The notes under the pieces: generated by a model
The model's database searches: none
What the model was told of the DNA's origin: nothing
The model's input: only the letters and a program-made list of their open reading frames with translations
Translations under genes and position numbers: made by a program
In this document: positions 57,800-64,000 of the stretch, in pieces
Layout: every line of letters begins with the position of its first letter
How positions within the stretch are numbered: position 1 is the stretch's first letter
DNA from: a virus
Direction: 5' to 3' (one strand)
DNA: 64,000 bases
IMG/VR virus record: IMGVR_UViG_3300025770_000012
Location: 1 to 64,000 of that record

Positions 57800-58890
57800 T
57801 ATTTTATTACGTAATTAACACCCATTGTTACACTCCCAAAGGATCTCCCCCAGTACTCACTAAATTTACCTTCAGCAAAGACTCCTAGGTGTTTACCTAT
57901 GTTAGCCCCGAAGACAACTCCTGCATTATAATCTATCCATGAATCTCCTACTACTCTTGCATAAGAATACTCATACTCCCCAAACTCTTTGTGTAAGGGC
58001 ATTACGTTTGCCCAAGTATGGATCCAAAAGTCTTTAGAGTAATGGTAGAAGTCAAGCCCAATCGCAGCTGATAGCTGATATTGATTTGGGAGTAGGCTTC
58101 TTACGTCTCTATTATACTCATTTACGATTCTTCCATATTGGTAGCGTCTGAACTCAGAGTCTGTTTCAGCAACTAAATTACCTTCAGGTCCATACCACTC
58201 CCAATCACTCCATTCCCCCGAAGTAAATTCCCCATCACTATTAGAATCTATGTATACCCAGTTATCTGTGTAGTCATAGTCATATGCTAATAACCACCAA
58301 GCACCAAGGTTTTCTTCTATCCAATCCTCAATAGGGGCTACAGTATAAGCTGGGTGTCTACGACCTGCTACCCCTGCAGTAAAGTTTAATTTCTTACCTA
58401 CTTTAACACGTAGTTTAAGAGCAGCTTCTAAATACTTTACATCAGCTCTACCATTCTCTAAGAAATCAAGTTCTGCTACAAACCATTTAGAGAGGTGTCT
58501 AAGGAAATATCTCTGGTCCATTGCTCCTCTACCAGTAAGTCTTACCTCAGAGCGTTCAAACACGTACTCAAAACCGCTTACAGCACCTACATTTGCTTCT
58601 TCTGACATGGATACTTCTGATCCGTCATAGAAATTGGTTGCTTTAATCTCGTACTTAAAACGTGCTAACTTCCTTAACCCAACAGAAAAGGTGTAGTTAG
58701 GCTCATACTCCATAGGGATTACAGTAAGTAACCCATCTCTGACAGCATACACATCCTCTTGAACCATAGAGTTAGACTGATTGAAAGAAGCATAAAATGT
58801 ACTATACTTAAAAAAATCCTTAACAACCTCTTGCCCTACACATGATAGTGTAAAGAAAGAACACAGTAGAATAAGTAATAATTTTTTCAT
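57799..58890 (-). CDS. Putative outer-membrane beta-barrel-like protein
   Basis: Signal peptide MKKLLLILLC..; alternating amphipathic strands; aromatic-rich; C-terminal SVTMGVNY strand. Confidence 0.6.
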   Translation of the reverse strand: MKKLLLILLCSFFTLSCVGQEVVKDFFKYSTFYASFNQSNSMVQEDVYAVRDGLLTVIPMEYEPNYTFSVGLRKLARFKYEIKATNFYDGSEVSMSEEANVGAVSGFEYVFERSEVRLTGRGAMDQRYFLRHLSKWFVAELDFLENGRADVKYLEAALKLRVKVGKKLNFTAGVAGRRHPAYTVAPIEDWIEENLGAWWLLAYDYDYTDNWVYIDSNSDGEFTSGEWSDWEWYGPEGNLVAETDSEFRRYQYGRIVNEYNRDVRSLLPNQYQLSAAIGLDFYHYSKDFWIHTWANVMPLHKEFGEYEYSYARVVGDSWIDYNAGVVFGANIGKHLGVFAEGKFSEYWGRSFGSVTMGVNYVIK

Positions 58891-58898
58891 AGTAATGA

Positions 58899-59279
58899 TT
58901 AAATTTTATAGTATCCGTAATCTAAACCCATAAATCCGTGTACACCATCTCCTGTCACATCAACCGCAGCATCTCCCCAACCTTCAGGGTGTGTAACGGC
59001 TTCTTGACCAGTAACTTCTCCATCTACAACGATGTCTGCACCTACAAGTCCTTTCCATAGAACGTCTACGTGGTATCCGCTAGATAGTACTGGAGCAGTA
59101 GTTTCTTCTCCTTCTTCGTCGTATACACCTGGAGTAGTTACTATATTGCCTAATCTAGCAATAGTGTGCCCGTGTGTAGGGTAGCTGTTACCTTCTTCAT
59201 CTGTGCCTACACCTAAAGCTGTTATAGCGGTGTCTGCTTGAGCTTTGCTTGCAAACTCATATTTACCTATTTTTTTCAT
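58899..59279 (-). CDS. Small acidic tail-fibre-associated protein
   Basis: GVYDEEGEETTAPV...YHVDVLW; directly downstream of the tail lectin genes. Confidence 0.6.
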   Translation of the reverse strand: MKKIGKYEFASKAQADTAITALGVGTDEEGNSYPTHGHTIARLGNIVTTPGVYDEEGEETTAPVLSSGYHVDVLWKGLVGADIVVDGEVTGQEAVTHPEGWGDAAVDVTGDGVHGFMGLDYGYYKI

Positions 59280-59280
59280 G

Positions 59281-60528
59281 TTATAATGTTGTTAGCGCAG
59301 TTAGCTCTGCGTCTGTTAATGCTGTTTTAAATACTTGTAGTTGTTTTACTTTTGCGAATAAATATTGAGCACTAGTACTAGAAAACTCTAAAGTATTTAA
59401 ACTTACAGGTACTGCACCACTTGAATCTGTTGATACTTCAGTTCCATCTATCCATAATGCAAAATCATTTAATTTATACTTAAATGCAATTTTAGAAAAT
59501 GAAGTTTCATCAGTAAGTGTATATTGACAAAGTCCCGATAATCCTGTAGAAATATAACATAAAGCCTGAAGTATATTTGAAGCATTACTATACCTTATAA
59601 TTATTCTATTGTCGCTTGTCCCATCACTTATTGTTATACTTCTGTATGTTGAATCATTACTTAAAGCAGCCATCTCAACAAACAAAACCCCCTCAGTACT
59701 ATTAATAGAATTACTAATACCTGTCTGTGAACAAGTCTCCACAACCCTCGTAACTGCAGTACCACTTGTAGGTATGTATGATGTAGCGTCAGAACCTGCT
59801 TCTAATTGTAATCCCCAAACTAAAACTCCATCAGTACCATTAGCAGTAACAGCAGGGTCTCCCTTTGCATCACACACACCTATACCACTTCCACTACCTA
59901 AGACAAAAGCATTTCCTGATGTATAACTTATTTTATACCAATCATTACCATAAGATACGATTGTGGCTGTTGGAGTTCCTGCACTTCCCGGTACTACTTG
60001 TGTAGTCCCATCACTTAAATCGTAATAAATAAAACCAATTTGACTACTAGAGTTAATATAAACCCATACTACATTTTTACCACTTGCTTTAACAAATGCA
60101 CTAATAGTATATATAGAAGTAGAATTTGTCGTAGAATTGTGTATGTATCTGTAATCACCACTACTACTTGGATATAAAAGAGAAGCGTTGTTTGTTCCGT
60201 CAGGAGATTGAGAACTATTATCAACAACTGTTACATTACTTCTCGACCATTCACTTTCATTAAAACTTTCGCTATATTCAAATAAGTTAGTCCTCTGTGG
60301 CTCTAATAATATATGTGGGCCCGCTCCCCCTGTGTAGTCTATACGAGGTACGTTATAAATCTCAGCATAATTTACTAAACCATCTTCATCTACAACCGTA
60401 GCACTTGATGCCCGTGTAAAATCAAATGGCAAAGGTTTATTCTTACCGCCCGCGTCGCTGTAAGCAAGCAAAGAATCCGCCTTCACTGCCCAATGTCCGT
60501 CTGTACCTAATTTTAAACTTGCTGACAT
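59281..60528 (-). CDS. Tail fibre / receptor-binding protein (CBM-like plus LamG/concanavalin-like), paralog 1
   Basis: FTRASSAT, PRIDY, LLEPQRTNL, WGLQLE..TSYIPT, ALTDAEL. Confidence 0.8.
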   Translation of the reverse strand: MSASLKLGTDGHWAVKADSLLAYSDAGGKNKPLPFDFTRASSATVVDEDGLVNYAEIYNVPRIDYTGGAGPHILLEPQRTNLFEYSESFNESEWSRSNVTVVDNSSQSPDGTNNASLLYPSSSGDYRYIHNSTTNSTSIYTISAFVKASGKNVVWVYINSSSQIGFIYYDLSDGTTQVVPGSAGTPTATIVSYGNDWYKISYTSGNAFVLGSGSGIGVCDAKGDPAVTANGTDGVLVWGLQLEAGSDATSYIPTSGTAVTRVVETCSQTGISNSINSTEGVLFVEMAALSNDSTYRSITISDGTSDNRIIIRYSNASNILQALCYISTGLSGLCQYTLTDETSFSKIAFKYKLNDFALWIDGTEVSTDSSGAVPVSLNTLEFSSTSAQYLFAKVKQLQVFKTALTDAELTALTTL

Positions 60529-60529
60529 G

Positions 60530-62632
60530 TTATTTAACTGTGTAATTATAGGCTACTGCCATTCCTTCGAAAGAGCTCCACTCAGGTAAATCTCCATTGG
60601 TTGTTAGATACTCAAGCTCGTCGTCTACTAATGCTCTGTTGAATACTTGCAATGATTTTATTTTGCCATAGAACCTAGTAGAAGATCCGTTTCCTAAATC
60701 AAAGTTTAATGTGTTAAGCTCGTCAACGGCAAATGCCGCAACACTTGTGTCTGTAGAACCCGCTTGTGAACCGTTAACAAAAAGCTTAAAGTCGTTAAGT
60801 TTATAATGAATAGCAGTCTTATAGAAAATACTCACATCAAGATTCTCCTGCGCGATTGCAAGCTGACTAGTGGTATTCACCACTTGGCCTTTTATAAGGC
60901 CTGACGCAGTGCTATGGTATAAACCTACGCGGTTATCGTTAGTTCCATCTGAGATAGTTATATACTCATTAGAACTAAATGCATCAGTCAAACCTGCGAG
61001 TTCCGAATATAATACACCCTCCACGCTGTTAAAATCTTTAGCTGCACCTGCTCCAGTACAAGCCTCTCCACCTCGCGTTACCGCAACCCCGGTTGTTGGG
61101 ATATATGATGTTGGGTAAGAACCTTCTTCTAATTGTGCGCCCCAAACGTAAACTCCTTCTCCATTTGAAATATTAGTTCCATTAGAAATTGTAGTTCCAT
61201 TATAACTTAAATATATTCCACTATACTTACTTGTAGTGTCTGCATCAAATGTTGATGTACATCTATACCACCCATTACCAAAATCTTCAATACTACTTGA
61301 AATAGTTCCTGTATTAGATAAATTAGTGCCATTATTTAAATCAAAATAACTTATAGTAAAAGGGTTTAATCCTACTAAAGCAATATAATCTATTTCTCCT
61401 TTTTTTGCAAAACAAGATAATGTATATACACTTCCTGAAGAAACTGTCGGTGATACGCTAATATATTGCTGATTTGCAGCATTTAAAGCATTTAATTTAT
61501 CTGCTGTTATTTCTCCACTTGGAGATGTTAATTGATTTGCCACTACAACTGATTCCCCCACACCCCATTGAGTAAAATCCTCACTATATTCAACCAAATT
61601 AGTCCTCTGTGGTTCTAAAAGTAAATGCCCCTGAGGATTGTTTAAGAAGTCTATACGAGGTATATCACCAACTGCGTCTGCAATTTTCTTTAAAGAAATA
61701 TTGTGAATCTCTACTGTGTAGTTTGAAGTCGACGTCTCTCGTGCAACTAGGAGATGTATACTACTGCTATTGGACGTGAAATAATGTACCACTGTTTGTA
61801 ATTCACCGTTCATTGTTAATTTCGAAACTAGAGAGACCAAACCCCCGGTATTGGCGGAGTTATCTTGAAATCGAACTTGCTTTCCAGAAGTCCCCTTTAC
61901 AGTAAACTCAGCTCTATATAATTTGCTGTCTACATACATAGAATTCATATTTGACTCGCTTTGTAGCACGTAGGCATAACCACTACCTCCGTTATTAGCG
62001 ATAACGTTCATTCTAAATTTACCCTCGCTAGTCAGATCTATAGAGGAGAGTACACTACCTGTGGTTGTCCATCTGTTATTCGGATCAACTTCTTTTATTG
62101 AGATACTGTTTAGAACTACATTTGTCCCACTGAGATATAGCCCAGCAAATGAAGGATAATTCGCCGTTTTAATGTATATAACGTTAACTCCAGTGCTTGA
62201 AATGGAAGATGACGGGCCGTCTTTGAGCGTCACCGTCAATGTCGAGCCATTTAAGTTATAAACGTCTACTGTTACTTTATACCACGTTGACACAGCTGCA
62301 GTAACTGTATGTGTAACCGACCCGTTAATTATTAACCTATTTTCACTAAAAGACACACCGCCCCACCACCCAGCTTCATCAGCAAAATCAACAGCATTTG
62401 AAGGAATTCTCTCTATACCCAACTCACTAAAGTCTCCATTCTGAATTAACTCAGGTGAGGGGTCTGACATCTGCTTAATTAAACCATCTCTCCCTACATA
62501 CGTAGCGTCAGTACCTCTAGCAACGGTAAACTCCGTATTAAGGTATTTACCCCCAACTTGCTTATAAGCTAAAAGATTGTTCTCTTTAGTAGCCCAGTTT
62601 CCGTTACCTAATTTTACTGTTGCGTCGCTCAT
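60530..62632 (-). CDS. Tail fibre / receptor-binding protein, paralog 2 (extra CBM-like modules)
   Basis: Same boxes as paralog 1 plus an ELIQNGDFS...SIKEV insertion. Confidence 0.8.
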   Translation of the reverse strand: MSDATVKLGNGNWATKENNLLAYKQVGGKYLNTEFTVARGTDATYVGRDGLIKQMSDPSPELIQNGDFSELGIERIPSNAVDFADEAGWWGGVSFSENRLIINGSVTHTVTAAVSTWYKVTVDVYNLNGSTLTVTLKDGPSSSISSTGVNVIYIKTANYPSFAGLYLSGTNVVLNSISIKEVDPNNRWTTTGSVLSSIDLTSEGKFRMNVIANNGGSGYAYVLQSESNMNSMYVDSKLYRAEFTVKGTSGKQVRFQDNSANTGGLVSLVSKLTMNGELQTVVHYFTSNSSSIHLLVARETSTSNYTVEIHNISLKKIADAVGDIPRIDFLNNPQGHLLLEPQRTNLVEYSEDFTQWGVGESVVVANQLTSPSGEITADKLNALNAANQQYISVSPTVSSGSVYTLSCFAKKGEIDYIALVGLNPFTISYFDLNNGTNLSNTGTISSSIEDFGNGWYRCTSTFDADTTSKYSGIYLSYNGTTISNGTNISNGEGVYVWGAQLEEGSYPTSYIPTTGVAVTRGGEACTGAGAAKDFNSVEGVLYSELAGLTDAFSSNEYITISDGTNDNRVGLYHSTASGLIKGQVVNTTSQLAIAQENLDVSIFYKTAIHYKLNDFKLFVNGSQAGSTDTSVAAFAVDELNTLNFDLGNGSSTRFYGKIKSLQVFNRALVDDELEYLTTNGDLPEWSSFEGMAVAYNYTVK

Positions 62633-63999
62633 TATTGTATTGTATATCCGTTAGCAGCTACAAGCTCACTAAAGCTGTTGTAACTATCACCTGTTAAAGC
62701 TTCCATTTCAGCGTCTGTTAAAGCCTCATTGAAATATGCTAAGCACTTTACTTTCCCCACGAAGGGATTTCCAGTTCCAGTCCCAGCAGTAAAAGTAATC
62801 CACTTGAGAAGATCTGCGTCAAAATCTATATTGTAAGTACTAGATCCTGTTGAGAAATAAGTCTCAAGCACTCCGTTTATATAAAGTTCTATTACATTAG
62901 GCCCCCACTTAAAAGCTACTTTGTTATAATCGTAAATAAGTGGATACGGATCGCCATCGTGTTCGCCTGCGGAGGTGCTAGTAGTGGCCACAACAGCCCC
63001 ACCTTTTTTAACTTGAAGAATAATATTACCAGCGCCACCTGACTGATAAAGTAAAAATCTATTGTTAGTACTGTTGTCACTTAACGCCATAGAAACTTGA
63101 TGATCAACACCTTTTGCATAAGCTATTTCTGTATAGAAAGTTCCTCTTTTGCTATCTATAAGAGATGTATTCCCAGATCCTGTCATAGTCTCCTCACTCC
63201 GTGTTACAGAAGATCCTGTATGGGTTGGAATGTATGAGGTTGGGTACGCGCCTTCTTCAAACTGAGCACCCCAAACAAAAGTACTACTACTCCCATCTCC
63301 TGTAATTGCTTCAGTATTGTCTGCACTTGCTAATTGCAGTCTAATTTTAGCACTTCCTGTTGTAGCATTTGCTGTTGTTGTTGCTGTACATTTATACCAA
63401 CCATTGCCAAAATCAGTTATAGTTCCTGAATATCCACTATCAATAGTACCTAAAGCACCACTATTAATGTTAAAGAAAACATTTCCTGCCGAAAAAGCAC
63501 TACCTACACCTGTAAACCTTATTAAGAAAAAATCATAGTCCCCCTTCTTTACAAAACAAGACATAGTATAATCTTCTCCACTTGTAACTGATAAACTTCC
63601 AACATCTAAATATTGTTCACTTGTACCACTTGTTGAAACTATTGTACTTGCATTTGTCCCTCCATTTGGAGATGTCGTAGTATTAGAACTTATAGTTGAA
63701 TTAATTTCAGACCAAGCTGAGGCACTAAAATCCTCACTATAAGGAAGTAAATTAGTCCTAGCAGGCTCAAGTAATATATGTCCGTTCAAACCGTCTTTAT
63801 CGTAACTTATTCTTGGTATGTCTAGGTCGTCAGCTAAGGTTATATCTTGGACTGAGATACTGCTTATAGTTACAAAGTCGGTTGTACTTGTTGAACCTCC
63901 TCTAAGGAATAATCTAAAAAACCATTTATCATTCGCTACTACTGTAGCTGCTGTGTAGTAAAATGTATGAGTTCCTACACCTTGTTCGGGTAAATCAAT
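62632..63999 (-). CDS. Tail fibre / receptor-binding protein, paralog 3 (5' end outside the window)
   Basis: The frame stays open from 63789 to the edge (IDLPEQGVG...DIPRISYDKDGLNGHILLEPARTNL), so the track's TTG start is an artefact. Confidence 0.8.
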   Translation of the reverse strand: MDLPEQGVGTHTFYYTAATVVANDKWFFRLFLRGGSTSTTDFVTISSISVQDITLADDLDIPRISYDKDGLNGHILLEPARTNLLPYSEDFSASAWSEINSTISSNTTTSPNGGTNASTIVSTSGTSEQYLDVGSLSVTSGEDYTMSCFVKKGDYDFFLIRFTGVGSAFSAGNVFFNINSGALGTIDSGYSGTITDFGNGWYKCTATTTANATTGSAKIRLQLASADNTEAITGDGSSSTFVWGAQFEEGAYPTSYIPTHTGSSVTRSEETMTGSGNTSLIDSKRGTFYTEIAYAKGVDHQVSMALSDNSTNNRFLLYQSGGAGNIILQVKKGGAVVATTSTSAGEHDGDPYPLIYDYNKVAFKWGPNVIELYINGVLETYFSTGSSTYNIDFDADLLKWITFTAGTGTGNPFVGKVKCLAYFNEALTDAEMEALTGDSYNSFSELVAANGYTIQ

Positions 64000-64000
64000 A

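Noticed and set aside
1528-63538. Numerous 60-145 aa ORFs antisense to or nested in long genes (e.g. 1528-1866, 9602-9958, 38387-38785, 55212-55649)
   Set aside because: Shadow ORFs opposite well-supported genes; Ser/Leu/Phe-rich composition and no motifs.
1-64000. Stop-codon reassignment (TAG or TGA recoding known in some crAss-like phages)
   Set aside because: Genes up to 4636 aa are intact in the standard code, and TAG ends genes at sensible places (e.g. 793, 3217, 5679).
59281-64000. Diversity-generating retroelement or invertible shufflon in the tail genes
   Set aside because: No reverse transcriptase or recombinase in the window, and no near-identical repeat pair differing only at adenines; the repeats are diverged paralog boxes.
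1-64000. CRISPR array or tRNA genes
   Set aside because: No regularly spaced repeats, and no cloverleaf with a T-loop GTTCRA found by eye in the intergenic gaps. tRNAscan-SE was not run.

Overview
This window is most of a lytic crAss-like (Crassvirales-type, Cellulophaga phi14:2-like) podophage genome. The host is probably a Bacteroidota/Flavobacteriia bacterium, inferred from TAnnTTTG promoters and A-rich starts lacking Shine-Dalgarno sequences. The + strand (473-23270) carries early and replication genes: two separate MoxR-type AAA/vWA-type modules, family A DNA polymerase, SF2 and DnaB-like helicases, a DnaA-domain-IV-like protein, Sak4-like ATPase, SSB-like protein, primase, metallophosphoesterase, resolvase-like endonuclease and 5'-3' exonuclease. 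After a convergent terminator at about 23270-23304, the - strand carries virion genes. These are four large cargo/ejection proteins (including a 4636-aa protein with a zincin motif and the DxDxD virion RNA polymerase), muzzle and ring proteins, an IHF-like protein, a holin, a three-gene envelope-protein cluster and three paralogous lectin-type tail proteins, the last cut by the window edge. Terminase, portal, capsid and endolysin genes are not recognisable here. The main leads are (1) a GNRA- and G-U-rich structured RNA behind a consensus promoter at the left edge, (2) a recurring basic/aromatic-x-x-GG tag in late-module proteins, (3) a four-gene protease/vWA-AAA-paralog-pair cassette, (4) a beta-barrel / CxxC-less thioredoxin / coiled-coil cluster next to the holin, and (5) long G-U-rich early-region hairpins. 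All family assignments come from motif recognition by eye; no searches were run.
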